Assembly: GCA_963663895.2 (NCBI GenBank)
Contig: CAXXRD010000001.1
Location: 192,001-256,000 of the forward strand
Reading direction: 5' to 3'
DNA: 64,000 bases
Source: Dehalococcoidia bacterium
GTDB lineage: Bacteria > Chloroflexota > Dehalococcoidia > Bin125
Shown piece after piece: positions 9,546 to 19,261 of this stretch. A program made the position numbers and the translations under genes. The notes below the pieces were generated by a model, which made no database searches, was not told the DNA's origin, and saw only the letters and a program-made list of their open reading frames with translations. The number at the start of each line of letters is the position of its first letter. Within the stretch, counting starts at the first letter, position 1.

Positions 9546-10400
9546 ATGCAACTCACCGTCGGCGAGCACACCATCGACTGCACCGACCGTACCGCCGTGA
9601 TGGCGATTCTCAATGTCGACACGGACTCGCCGATCGCCGAATCCGTCGTCAGCGCCGACGCCGCCCTCGATCGCGCGCGGACGCTCCGCGACGACGGCGC
9701 GGAGATTATCGACGTCGGCGCGCACTCGACCCGCAGCGGGGGGGCATTGGTTCCCCCCCATGAAGAGATCGAGCGCGTCTTCCCCGTTGTCGAGATCCTC
9801 GCACGTGAGGGGTTCCTCGTCTCCGTCGACACCTGGACCGGATCGGTCGCGCAAGCCGCCGCCGCGGCAGGCGCGCACATCCTCAACGACGTCACGGCTG
9901 GCAAGGATCCGCAGCTCGTCCGCGTCGCCGCCGAACGTCATCTCCCCCTCATCATCATGCACATGCGTGGCCAGCCGACGCGCCACCGCGAGGTCGACCA
10001 ACACTACGCGGAGGTGGGCCCGGAGGTGCGTGCCTTCCTCATTGAGCGCGCGGAGACGCTCGGCGCGGCCGGCGTGGCCGATCTCTGGCTCGATCCCGGC
10101 TTCCAATTCGGCAAATCCGCAGACGACAACCTGCGCATGCTCGACGACCTCCCCAATCTGCTGGCTTTGGGGCGGCCGGTCGTAGTGTCGGCGTCGCGCA
10201 AGGGCTTTCTCTCCGAGCTGCTCGGCGAAGGCTACGGGCAACAGACGCCGGGCTTGCTTCCCGCCACGCTGGCCTTCAATACCCTGGCCGCGGCCGCCGG
10301 CGCCCACATCGTGCGCGTCCATGATGTCGCCGAGATCGCGGCCGCCTTGCGTGTCGTCGACGCGATCCGAGCACGCCGGCGCCACGACGCCGGCCGGTAG
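9546..10400 (+). CDS. folP: Dihydropteroate synthase
   Basis: VMAILNVDTDS, IIDVGAHSTR, SVDT, ILNDV, MHMRG, DPGFQFGK, SRKGF, IVRVHDV. Confidence 0.95.
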   Translation: MQLTVGEHTIDCTDRTAVMAILNVDTDSPIAESVVSADAALDRARTLRDDGAEIIDVGAHSTRSGGALVPPHEEIERVFPVVEILAREGFLVSVDTWTGSVAQAAAAAGAHILNDVTAGKDPQLVRVAAERHLPLIIMHMRGQPTRHREVDQHYAEVGPEVRAFLIERAETLGAAGVADLWLDPGFQFGKSADDNLRMLDDLPNLLALGRPVVVSASRKGFLSELLGEGYGQQTPGLLPATLAFNTLAAAAGAHIVRVHDVAEIAAALRVVDAIRARRRHDAGR

Positions 10401-10447
10401 CAACCCCGCGCCGAAGAGCGATAAGCTGCACACGGAGCGAGGATCCG

Positions 10448-10648
10448 ATGCCTTTCTATTTCTTCGCATGCAAGAACGGCCACGAATTCGAGCGGCGCCT
10501 AACCATGGAGGCGTTCGAAGCGGGCAAGCAAGTCCGCTGTCCCGAATGCAAGACCAAGGGAACGCCGCGTCCCGCGCACTTCCTGGAGAGGAACAGCACC
10601 CGCATGCCCACGGGGCCTACCAGGCGCTGGAAGTCCACACCCTGGTAA
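10448..10648 (+). CDS. FmdB-like zinc-ribbon protein
   Basis: MPFYFFACKNGHEFE...CPECK pattern. Confidence 0.75.
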   Translation: MPFYFFACKNGHEFERRLTMEAFEAGKQVRCPECKTKGTPRPAHFLERNSTRMPTGPTRRWKSTPW

Positions 10649-10676
10649 AAGATCCCCGGTCCTGAAGAGGCGAACT

Positions 10677-11027
10677 CTAGCGGTTGGGCCGGTACTCGTC
10701 CTCGCGGTCCTCGGGCTTGATCCGCCGGCTCCACGCCCACCAGACAAGCCATACCGTACTCACCATGAAGATCGCCGGGATGAAGATGGAAACGGCCAGC
10801 GTCTCGTCGCTGACGTGGAAGGGATCTTCCTCCGCGCCATCGTCGGCGCTCGCCCACTCGGGCGGCGCGGGATCGTCGGCCTGCCCGGCGAAAACGACGC
10901 CTTGCACCGGATCCGACGAGGCCTGATCCGCAGCAGTGACGGCCCCGGAGGCCAGCGCCAGGGAAACCACAAGCGCGATGGCGACCGGCCATAGACGCGC
11001 GCCAATGATCGCTGCCGCTCGAACCAC
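10677..11027 (-). CDS. Hypothetical membrane protein (signal peptide plus C-terminal TM)
   Basis: GAGGAGG RBS before GTG 11027; hydrophobic N-terminus and a C-terminal TM followed by a basic/acidic tail. Confidence 0.6.
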   Translation of the reverse strand: MVRAAAIIGARLWPVAIALVVSLALASGAVTAADQASSDPVQGVVFAGQADDPAPPEWASADDGAEEDPFHVSDETLAVSIFIPAIFMVSTVWLVWWAWSRRIKPEDREDEYRPNR

Positions 11028-11116
11028 CGTGCCCTCCTCACCGTCCGTTTCGCCAGTGTGTCTCGCACCATCGTTGCGGTCAACCAGCACGCAGAGCAGC
11101 GACGGCATCGCCGCGC

Positions 11117-12013
11117 CTAGTCGAAGATCGCTGCGACCTCTTCAATCGCGTGCGCTTGATCACCGCGCGCCGAGTATGCGGAAAGCGTCAGTTGGGTCAC
11201 GCCGGCCGCGCGCCAGGCCTCGACTTTCTCCCGTACTGCCGCGGCGCTCCCGAACAGCCCGATATCGTCCGCCATCCGCTCCGAGACCGCTTCAGACAGC
11301 GCCCCTTTATCGCCCGCAGCCAGAGCAGCACGCGCTCGCTCCACCTCTTCCGCGTACCCGGCCTCGATGAAGTAATGCTGATAGTTCGGGAGGGCCATGT
11401 AGGTCCGCAGCGCCCGTCGGATCGCCGTCAGGGCCGCGCCGCGGTCGTCCGATACGGAGCACGGCGCCAGGTTCCCCACGACGAATCCCTCTCGCCGCTC
11501 AGGAGGAAGCGCTGCCAAGGAAGCCGGCATGTGCGACAGTGCGGCATTCGCCCACAGGGCGCCATCGGCCACCTCGCCAGCCAGCGCCGTCATCTTGCGC
11601 CGCAGCGTGGCCAACACCACGGGCGGGAATGACGGATCCCCTGTCGCAGCCCTCAGTTGCTCCACGTAGGCGCGCATGTCCGCCACCGGCCCGCCGGGCC
11701 TGATCCCCAGCTTATGCAGCCCCGGCGCGTGCGCCACGCCCAACCCCAGGGTGAACCTCCCGCCCGCCACCTCGTTGATGAAACCCGCCGTCGCCGCCAT
11801 CTCGCTGGCGTGCCGCGTATAGATCACCGCGATCCCGCTCGCGATCTCGATCCGCGCAGTCGACATGGCAACCGCAAGGCAGAGCGACAATCCATCCCCA
11901 AGCGACGGGCAATAAATGTTCGCAAACCCGCGCCGGTCCAACTCCTGCGCAGTCTCAATGACCGCCCGTCGCCGGCCCGGCAGCGCCACTAAAGCGAATC
12001 CTGGCTTTTCCAA
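11117..12013 (-). CDS. LLM-class (luciferase-like, probably F420-dependent) oxidoreductase
   Basis: STARIEIASGIA, GGRFTLGLGVAH, LAGEVADG, AGVT motifs; cofC/cofD nearby. Confidence 0.88.
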   Translation of the reverse strand: MEKPGFALVALPGRRRAVIETAQELDRRGFANIYCPSLGDGLSLCLAVAMSTARIEIASGIAVIYTRHASEMAATAGFINEVAGGRFTLGLGVAHAPGLHKLGIRPGGPVADMRAYVEQLRAATGDPSFPPVVLATLRRKMTALAGEVADGALWANAALSHMPASLAALPPERREGFVVGNLAPCSVSDDRGAALTAIRRALRTYMALPNYQHYFIEAGYAEEVERARAALAAGDKGALSEAVSERMADDIGLFGSAAAVREKVEAWRAAGVTQLTLSAYSARGDQAHAIEEVAAIFD

Positions 12014-12104
12014 GACATCCCTCCCCCGGCCTCTGAACGCGCGGTGATCGTAGCAGCGCGATGCACACCACGTCGTGCTCGCTCAGCGCCGTATACTTCC
12101 GACC

Positions 12105-13676
12105 ATGAAGCCTCCCACCGCTTTCTCCCTTCAGGACGCACAGGGCAACCTCCGCACGTTCCCGACCGCCAACCCCATGCTCCTCGCCTTCGTGAAGGCG
12201 GATTGTGAGACGTGCAACCTCACCCTTCCGCTTTTGGAGACGCTGCACCGCAGCATTGGCACCAAGCTCACCGTATGGGCGCTCGTCCAAGCGCGCAGCG
12301 ACATTCCAGTCCTCCGCACGCGCCATCGTCTTACCCTCCCGTTGCTCGACGACGACGCCCTTCACGTTTCGGCGGACGCCGATATCGACACCGTCCCTTC
12401 CCTTTTCCTTTACGACCGCAAGGGCGCACCCATCGCCGAGACATACGGCTTCGATCGGAAGGCCTGGCGGGACCTCATCGCGCGGGCGGAATCCCTCGTC
12501 GCCGACGGCGACTCGAACCGCGCGACCCCCATCGACTGGGACGCGCTTCCCCCCAGCCAGCCCGGTTGCGGCGCCCGCAACGTAGAGCCCGGCCTCGCCG
12601 AAAAGATCGCGGCACGTCGTAACGGCGGCTTCCATTCACGCCGCTTGGAGATCGCCCCCGCCGACGACATCCACGAGTTCCTGTTCGCGCAAGGTTTCAC
12701 CGACGGCCTCCCCGTCGTGCCGCCCACGCCGGAGCGAGTGGAACGCATGCTGCGCGGTACCAAGCGGGACCGCGCGGACATCGTCGCCGTGGTCCCACCC
12801 AATCTCGCGCCGTGCACCGTCGAGAAGGCCGCGATCAACGCCGTGATGGCCGGCGCGCAGCCAGAGTATCTGCCCGTCATCCTCACGGCCATCGAAGCCG
12901 CTTGCACCGACGAATTCAACATCCACGGCGTGCTCGCCACCACGTGGCTGGCCGGGCCCATCGTCATCGTCAACGGCCCTGTGCGCCAACGACTCGGAAT
13001 GAACATGCAAGGCAATGCCTTGGGACAGGGGAACCGCGCCAATGCAGCGATCGGGAGAGCGCTACAGTTGGTCGTCCGCAATGTCGGCGGCGGCCGCCCC
13101 GGTGAAGTCGACCGCGCCACCCTCGGCGGACCCCACAAGTACACTTGCTGTTTCGCGGAGTACGAGGAGCGCTCCCCCTGGGAGCCACTGCACGTCGAGC
13201 GCGGGTTCCAGCCCGACGACTCGACGGTCACGCTCTTCGCCGGATCGGGCCCCCAGCCGATCGCCGACCAGCTCTCGCGCTCGGCCCAGCCGCTGGTAAC
13301 CAGCATCGCGCTTGGTTTGGAGTCGCTCTGGCACCCGAAAGTGCACAACTTCGGCGAGACGTTCCTCGTCATCTCCCCCGAGCACGTCGATACCATCGCC
13401 GCCAGCGGCTGGAGCAAGGACGACATCCGTCGGCACATCCAGGAGACGACGGCACGGCCGCTCCGCGAGCTGATCCGGGGCGGCGATACCGCAGAGGGCA
13501 TGCCGGTACCCGCAGACCCCGCCAAGCTCGATGAGCGCGTACCAAAGTTCCGCACATCCGAGGAAATCAATATCGTGGTCGCAGGTTCAGAAGCCGGGAA
13601 GTTTAGCCACATCCTCGGCAACTGGGTAAGCGGTCCGATTGGCTCAATCAGCGTGACCCGAAAGATCAGCGACTAG
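12105..13676 (+). CDS. Thioredoxin/TlpA-like domain fused to the domain that usually partners UGSC proteins
   Basis: N-terminal KADCETC (CxxC) and VP motif, PGCGA linker, then TDGLPVVPPTPERV, GNRANAAIGRAL, FAEYEE.SPWEPLH. Confidence 0.8.
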   Translation: MKPPTAFSLQDAQGNLRTFPTANPMLLAFVKADCETCNLTLPLLETLHRSIGTKLTVWALVQARSDIPVLRTRHRLTLPLLDDDALHVSADADIDTVPSLFLYDRKGAPIAETYGFDRKAWRDLIARAESLVADGDSNRATPIDWDALPPSQPGCGARNVEPGLAEKIAARRNGGFHSRRLEIAPADDIHEFLFAQGFTDGLPVVPPTPERVERMLRGTKRDRADIVAVVPPNLAPCTVEKAAINAVMAGAQPEYLPVILTAIEAACTDEFNIHGVLATTWLAGPIVIVNGPVRQRLGMNMQGNALGQGNRANAAIGRALQLVVRNVGGGRPGEVDRATLGGPHKYTCCFAEYEERSPWEPLHVERGFQPDDSTVTLFAGSGPQPIADQLSRSAQPLVTSIALGLESLWHPKVHNFGETFLVISPEHVDTIAASGWSKDDIRRHIQETTARPLRELIRGGDTAEGMPVPADPAKLDERVPKFRTSEEINIVVAGSEAGKFSHILGNWVSGPIGSISVTRKISD

Positions 13677-13686
13677 GAGGCCGACC

Positions 13687-14214
13687 GTGGTGCAGATCCT
13701 CGATCCGACCGACGAGAGCCGCCCGCCACAGCGGCAACTCGCCGCGCGACCAGAAGCCCTCAGCGGCACCGTCGGTTTGCTCGACATCTCCAAGCCTCGC
13801 GGCGATGTCCTCATCGACCGCCTCGCCGAACTCATCACCCACCAAACTCCCGACGTCACCATCAAGCGCTACCGCAAGCCCACCTTCACCAAGCCTGCGC
13901 CCCCCGCGCTTCTCGGCCAGATACAGGAGGAATGCGACTTCGTTATCGAAGCGCTCGCCGACTGAGGATCCTGCACCACGTGCAGTGTGCACGACACGAC
14001 CTGGCTCGAAATCCACGGCACTCCCGCGCTCTTTCTCGCCTCCGCAGCCTTCGAAGATGCGGCCCAAGCACAGGCGGTCCAGCTTGGACTGCCACAGGTA
14101 CGCCGCGCCTTTGTTCCCCATCCCATCCAAGACCAAACCGACGACGAGATGCGTGCCCGCGCCGACGCCGTGATCGACGAGGCGCTCGCGCGACTCCTCA
14201 GTGCAGACGACTAG
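13687..14214 (+). CDS. UGSC-family selenoprotein (in-frame TGA at 13963-13965 read as Sec)
   Basis: ORFs 13687-13965 and 13987-14214 are in one frame and read ...IEALAD-U-GSCTTCSVHDT.... Hairpin CGTGCA-GTG-TGCACG at 13979-13993. AGGAGG RBS. Confidence 0.88.
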
Positions 14215-14226
14215 GAGCAGGCCGGT

Positions 14227-14856
14227 ATCACGAACCACAACGAGAGGGAAGGAGCCCGCGAGCACGCCGCGCTTCGCGCAGCGCTCGCGACGCCGCCGAC
14301 GTTCTCGATCGATATCGATGGAAGCGCGCTCGCCATCACCAGCGCCTGGGGACTCTTCTCTGCCAAGCGCCTTGATGAAGGCTCCGCGCTCCTGCTGGAC
14401 GAATTGGCTCCCCTGCCGCCGCAAGATCGTGTTCTCGACCTCGGCTGCGGCAACGGCGCCGTGGGACTTGCCCTTGCCAAGCGCTGGCCCGCAAGCACCG
14501 TCGAACTTATCGATAAGGACATCGTCGCCATCGAGACTACCCAAGCCAACATTGAGCACAACCGCCTGCCCAACGCGACGGTCCGTCTCAGTGCGGGCTT
14601 TCGCGATCTGGCAACGGATGATTTCGACCTGATCGTTGCGAATCTGCCCGCACAGGCCGGCAACGAAGCGCTTGATGCGCTACTGCTCGGCGCACACGAT
14701 CATTTGCAGCTCGGCGGAACCTTGGTCGTCGTCACGGTACAGGGCCTGAAACGCTATATCAGGCGCCGCCTCCAGCTGATCTTTGGCGACTACCACAAGG
14801 CGCGGGAGACGAAACGACACGTGGTCGCAGAGGCCGCACGGCAACACGCACGCTAA
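14227..14856 (+). CDS. Class I SAM-dependent methyltransferase (RsmC/MTS-like); start uncertain
   Basis: WGLFSAKRLDEGSALLL, VLDLGCGNGAVG, DLIVANLPAQAG. Conserved sequence extends upstream of the first ATG/GTG/TTG (14404). Confidence 0.8.
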   Translation: MTNHNEREGAREHAALRAALATPPTFSIDIDGSALAITSAWGLFSAKRLDEGSALLLDELAPLPPQDRVLDLGCGNGAVGLALAKRWPASTVELIDKDIVAIETTQANIEHNRLPNATVRLSAGFRDLATDDFDLIVANLPAQAGNEALDALLLGAHDHLQLGGTLVVVTVQGLKRYIRRRLQLIFGDYHKARETKRHVVAEAARQHAR

Positions 14857-16154
14857 CGCTCAGGTGCCGGGTCGTTCGCGTCGGACTCCGGCCCCTCCGT
14901 ACCAGAGGCGGATCCAGGCGAGTCGACCGCACGCTCCTTCGCCGTAACGGCGCCCGTCCCACCAGGCGAATCGCGATCGGGCGGCGCTCGCTCTTGCACC
15001 CCGGCCGGTGGCGCGGCTGCTGAAGCGAGCGCCAGCTGCAGTGGGGATGTCGCCGGCGGCGGCAGCTCATTATTCAACCGCCGATAGACGTAGCTGTAGG
15101 CGTCGCGCGCCGCCGCCGCCGCCGGCACGATCAGGAGCGTGCCCGCAAATCCAAAAGCCGCCCCGCCGATCACGACCAGCGCCATGACCGCGGCCGGATG
15201 CATCGTCACGGCACGTCCGTGCACGATCGGCACGAGGATTTGCCCTTCCAGCTGCTGTACAGTCACGTAGAAAATGATGATCCACCACCACTTTTCGGGG
15301 TCGGTCGCAAGCACCACCACGATCGCCGGAATGAAGCCCAGGAACGGTCCGATGAATGGGATCAGCGCCGTCACGCCCGCCGCGAGCGCCAGCGCCGCCG
15401 GGAACCGCACGTCCATGATCCACAGACCGACGCCAGTGGCCAGAGCGATGACGACGGCCAGCAGGAGCTGGGCGCGCAGGTAGGCCGCGAACGTGTGCTG
15501 CACACCGTGGAGCACTATCGCCGCATCGGCCTGAAGAGCCGGCGGGAACAGCCGCAAGAGCCACATACGCAGCCGTCGCCCATCCTTCAACAAGTAGAAA
15601 AGGAAGAACGGAATCACGAGATATCCGATGATCGAAAAAAAACCGCCCACGATGAAATCGACGGTGCTCGCGAACCGATCCAAGACGAACTCGCCGACCC
15701 GCCCGCCGACATCGGACACCCGCTTCTCGATCTCGGCCCGTGCGTCTTCCGGTACATGGTCGCGGTACCACTCGATGAGTCCGTCTACCTGCTCTTCGGC
15801 ACGATCGAGAATGTCCGCTGCCTCATCAATGAATACCTCCACCTCGTCCGCCACCGTCGGCACCACTGCGAACCCGATCGCGACCAGCACACCAAGCACG
15901 GCCACGTACACCACGGCGATCGCCAGGGAGCGGTTGAACTCTGGATGCCGTTCTCGCAACGGGAGGTAAGGCTGCACGCGATCGATCGCCGGCGAGATAA
16001 TCAGTGCCAGGAGAAACGCCAACACGAACGGCAGAATCGCCGTGAAGGCCTTGAGCACCACCCAAACCAGGAAGCCCGCCAGGGCCAGAACCATCACCCA
16101 GCGGACGGGACGGCTGGGAATGGGAGAAGATAGGAAAGGCATAGGCGCTTGCAC
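14853..16154 (-). CDS. AI-2E family transporter
   Basis: PFVLAFLLALIISP, FYLLKDG, YLRAQ, LIPFIGP, QQLEGQILVP, MHP motifs. Confidence 0.92.
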   Translation of the reverse strand: MQAPMPFLSSPIPSRPVRWVMVLALAGFLVWVVLKAFTAILPFVLAFLLALIISPAIDRVQPYLPLRERHPEFNRSLAIAVVYVAVLGVLVAIGFAVVPTVADEVEVFIDEAADILDRAEEQVDGLIEWYRDHVPEDARAEIEKRVSDVGGRVGEFVLDRFASTVDFIVGGFFSIIGYLVIPFFLFYLLKDGRRLRMWLLRLFPPALQADAAIVLHGVQHTFAAYLRAQLLLAVVIALATGVGLWIMDVRFPAALALAAGVTALIPFIGPFLGFIPAIVVVLATDPEKWWWIIIFYVTVQQLEGQILVPIVHGRAVTMHPAAVMALVVIGGAAFGFAGTLLIVPAAAAARDAYSYVYRRLNNELPPPATSPLQLALASAAAPPAGVQERAPPDRDSPGGTGAVTAKERAVDSPGSASGTEGPESDANDPAPER

Positions 16155-16306
16155 TACTTAGCCGATGATCCACCGAGCCACAGTCGCTGTCAACGCAAGC
16201 CAAGCCACGAGGCGTGCTGTGGCGCGGGCTGGAAAATATAACTCGGACGGGTGGGGGCTAGCGTCCGTCGGGCCGCACCCAGCCCAAATCCCCGGCGTCC
16301 TTTTCT

Positions 16307-17020
16307 CTACCTCAAACGCGGGGGAGGGAGCTTCGATCCGCCTGCGCCAGATCGAATCGCAGCGGTAAGCTCGGGGGACCGCAAGTACCAGACGGTTTCC
16401 TTCTCCTGGCCGATGTCCAACGACGCGGCCAGCGCCAGATCCTCCGGTGAATCAATATCCAACGCCCAGCGCACATCCTCAACACGGACGACGGCCGCGC
16501 CCGCCTCCTCGGCGGCCGCAATGTGTCGGGCGGCCGACTCCGCGCCGAACGCCGGCATAATCACCGCCGGAGGGCGCAGCAGCAGCCCATTCGTGCCCCC
16601 ATCCCGCGACGGCGCCACGACAACCCCCGGGGGCGCAGGCGACGCAGCGACCAGCTGCTCAACGTCCGTTCGCGTGATCAAAGGCAGGTCCGCCGGCACA
16701 AGCAACAGCGCATCCGACTCCGCAAGCCGCGTCTGAGCAAAAGCCAGCGCGCGGTTGAGACCGGGCGCACCCGACGGCTCTTGCAAAAAATCCACTTCCA
16801 ACCGCTCCGCCTCCTGCGCCGCCGCCGCATCCCGGCTGAGCACTATCACCCGCGCAACCGCCGGCGCCGACCGCAGCACCCGCACAACATCGCCGAGCAT
16901 CGCGCGCACGAGCTGGTTACGCTGCGCCGGTTGCAGCACCGCAGCCAAGCGCGACTTGCCAGCCGGCAGCCCTCGCACCGGTACCACAACCGTCACGCCT
17001 GCGCCCGGCGCCGCCATCAC
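16307..17020 (-). CDS. cofC: 2-phospho-L-lactate/PEP guanylyltransferase
   Basis: VVVPVRGLPAGKSRL, GLNRAL, PADLP, DGGTNGL, FG..SA..H, LDIDSPEDL; directly downstream of cofD. Confidence 0.92.
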   Translation of the reverse strand: MMAAPGAGVTVVVPVRGLPAGKSRLAAVLQPAQRNQLVRAMLGDVVRVLRSAPAVARVIVLSRDAAAAQEAERLEVDFLQEPSGAPGLNRALAFAQTRLAESDALLLVPADLPLITRTDVEQLVAASPAPPGVVVAPSRDGGTNGLLLRPPAVIMPAFGAESAARHIAAAEEAGAAVVRVEDVRWALDIDSPEDLALAASLDIGQEKETVWYLRSPELTAAIRSGAGGSKLPPPRLR

Positions 17021-17031
17021 GGGAAGATCCT

Positions 17032-18012
17032 CTAGCCCGCCTGCAAGGCCTGCAAGGCCTCCAGTGTCGCGCGGGCCAGCGTTTGCTTCTCCGCCGCCCC
17101 GCTCATGATGGTCTGCGCGACAAGGCATTCAACGCCGACTTCAGTGCGGACGGCATCTGCCAGCGCCGCGTCCCGTTCATCCAGAACGAACAGGTCGATG
17201 AGATCGCCGTAAAGTCGGGCGACGCCGAGTGCGGAGACATCGTGGCCGAGACTCTCGAGAATCGCGGCTGCTGGTCCCTTCACGGCTTCTCCGCCGACGA
17301 TTGGACTAATCGCTGCCTTGGGCGCCCCGCTCGTCAGCAGACAGTCGCGTAGGCCTTTCACCGCGAGCACCGGTTCGATGGAGAGAAAGGGGTTGCTCGG
17401 CGCGATCACGATCGCGCGCGCGTGCAAGATGGCCTGCAACACCCCGGGCGCGGCCCGTGCCTCTGCCAACCCCGCGAACCGCAAACCCAGTACCCGATCC
17501 TCCGACCGCCGCTGCACGAAATACTCCTGAAAGGAGAGTTCGCCCTCCGGCGTCTCCACCATGGTGCACAGGCGCTGATCCGTGACCGGAATCACCCGCA
17601 CTGCGACCCCCAGAGCATCCGTGATCTCAGCGGTCACCGCGCTCAGCGATGCGCTCTCCCGCAAACGATGCGTGCGGAAGAGGTGCGTCGCGAGGTCGCG
17701 GTCTCCGAGCTGAAACCAGGCAGGCCCACCCAACTCCTCGAGTGCAGCCAACGCCGCAAAGCTGTCCCCGCGTAATCCCCAGCCCGTCTCCGGATTCACA
17801 CGCCCCGCCAGCGTGTACGTGACCGTGTCCAGGTCGGGCGATACGTGCAGGCCTCCGACTTCCAGGTCATCGCCGACGTTAACAATGGCGACGACTTCCG
17901 CCGGCGCCACCACTTGCACCACTCCCTCCAGAAAGCGCGCCGCTCCCACGCCACCCGCCAACACAACCACTGGAGCCGCTTCGCTCAAGGAGCCTCCGGT
18001 ACGTACCGTCAT
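17032..18012 (-). CDS. cofD: 2-phospho-L-lactate transferase
   Basis: LAGGVGAARFL, VNVGDD, SPDLDTV, WFQLGDRDLATH, FQEYFV, PSNPFLSI, KGPA. Confidence 0.96.
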   Translation of the reverse strand: MTVRTGGSLSEAAPVVVLAGGVGAARFLEGVVQVVAPAEVVAIVNVGDDLEVGGLHVSPDLDTVTYTLAGRVNPETGWGLRGDSFAALAALEELGGPAWFQLGDRDLATHLFRTHRLRESASLSAVTAEITDALGVAVRVIPVTDQRLCTMVETPEGELSFQEYFVQRRSEDRVLGLRFAGLAEARAAPGVLQAILHARAIVIAPSNPFLSIEPVLAVKGLRDCLLTSGAPKAAISPIVGGEAVKGPAAAILESLGHDVSALGVARLYGDLIDLFVLDERDAALADAVRTEVGVECLVAQTIMSGAAEKQTLARATLEALQALQAG

Positions 18013-18038
18013 CGCCGGGAGCCTAGCATCACGACTCC

Positions 18039-18389
18039 TCAATCGCTTCGCAATGTGACTGCAAACAGGCCCGGCTCATCTCCCTCCATCACCTCCATCC
18101 ATCGCGCCCCCCTCTCCACGTTCGGATCGCCGAAACGCGCGCGCGCGCGCAGCGGGCTATCGGAATCGACTCGGACTTGCCGCAGAAGCCCGCCCGACCA
18201 CGCCTCCCTCCCTCCCTCCATCTCCAACTCCCCCTCCGTCAACGCACCTTCCCTGGATATCACCAAGCGCAGCAGCACGCGCTCGCCCTGTGCTTCGCCG
18301 CCAGCCTCGATCGCAAGGTGACGGCTTCCATCCAACTGTCGTTCGTCAGAGACAGCTTCTCCCTGCAGCAACCATCCCTCAGTGCGCAT
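18039..18389 (-). CDS. Hypothetical protein
   Basis: Acidic globular-looking ORF co-oriented with cofD; TACGAT box 6 nt before the ATG. Confidence 0.5.
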   Translation of the reverse strand: MRTEGWLLQGEAVSDERQLDGSRHLAIEAGGEAQGERVLLRLVISREGALTEGELEMEGGREAWSGGLLRQVRVDSDSPLRARARFGDPNVERGARWMEVMEGDEPGLFAVTLRSD

Positions 18390-18444
18390 ACGCCGATCGT
18401 AGCCGCGCTTGACCACTACCTTGGAATAGGACAGAAAGATCGCT

Positions 18445-19077
18445 ATGCCCAGGACACAGATGCCGCTCGCTTCCGCCGACACGCCGACCCCCAGTTCGGT
18501 GCTCAGCCGGCTCCCCGCCTGCCCCTACTGCCGCGGCCCCCGCGGCCCCGGCCTCTTCTGCACAACCTGCAACCGATTCAACCGCTATCCCAACAGCCCC
18601 ATCGTTGCCGCTTCGCGCCTCCGACGCTTCGGCGGCTACATCCTGGAACTCACCCTCCTCCTCGCCACCCTCGGCATCGGCTGGCTCATCTGGCTGGCCG
18701 TCGTTGCGCCCCGGGCGCAAACGCCCGCCAAATCGTTCCTCGGCATGCACATCGTGGGTGAGGACGGCGCCCCCGTGAGCGCCGGCAAGGTTTGGGTGCG
18801 CGAGATCCTGGTGAAATCGATCTTTTGCGGACTCGTGCCTCTGGCCAACGCGCTCTGGATATTCATCGACCGCGATCGTCAGACTATCCACGACAAGATC
18901 GTCGAGACCGTGATCGTCTACGCGCCTCACGGTCTCGACACGACGGCGCCCTCAAGCAGCTCCTCTCCCAGCGTCCTGCAGGAAGAACTCGACGCCCTCG
19001 CCCAGGCCCGCGATCAGGGCGCCATCACCGTCTACGAGTACGAGGCGCGCCGGCAGCGACTGTTGGGACGCCGCTAA
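18445..19077 (+). CDS. RDD family protein with N-terminal zinc ribbon and C-terminal SHOCT-like domain
   Basis: CPYC...CTTC; RRFGGYILE, QTPAK..LGM.IV, RQTIHDKIVETVI; L...RDQGAIT..EYE..R..LL. Confidence 0.88.
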   Translation: MPRTQMPLASADTPTPSSVLSRLPACPYCRGPRGPGLFCTTCNRFNRYPNSPIVAASRLRRFGGYILELTLLLATLGIGWLIWLAVVAPRAQTPAKSFLGMHIVGEDGAPVSAGKVWVREILVKSIFCGLVPLANALWIFIDRDRQTIHDKIVETVIVYAPHGLDTTAPSSSSSPSVLQEELDALAQARDQGAITVYEYEARRQRLLGRR

Positions 19078-19168
19078 ACTCCCGGAACCGGCGGGGGACG
19101 GTGCAGGGAGGCGCCACGCGGAACAAGACAGCGTCGCGTCCTTTGACGCTATCATTCAGCGGACACGA

Positions 19169-19197
19169 AGAGCCCCGGGATCCGGTCCCGGGGCTCT
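19169..19197. terminator. Strong hairpin between convergent RDD gene and nrdJ
   Basis: AGAGCCCCGGGA-TCCGG-TCCCGGGGCTCT, a perfect 12 bp stem. Confidence 0.7.
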
Positions 19198-19261
19198 GTC
19201 GTCGCCGCGTGAGGGATGAGGGTCGGCGGCTCTACCTCACGCGTATTGCGCTTGTAACGCC

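Noticed and set aside
14212-14214. Amber readthrough (pyrrolysine) fusing UGSC to the methyltransferase
   Set aside because: The frames coincide, but an RBS overlaps the TAG, both families are normally separate proteins, and no pyl genes are visible.
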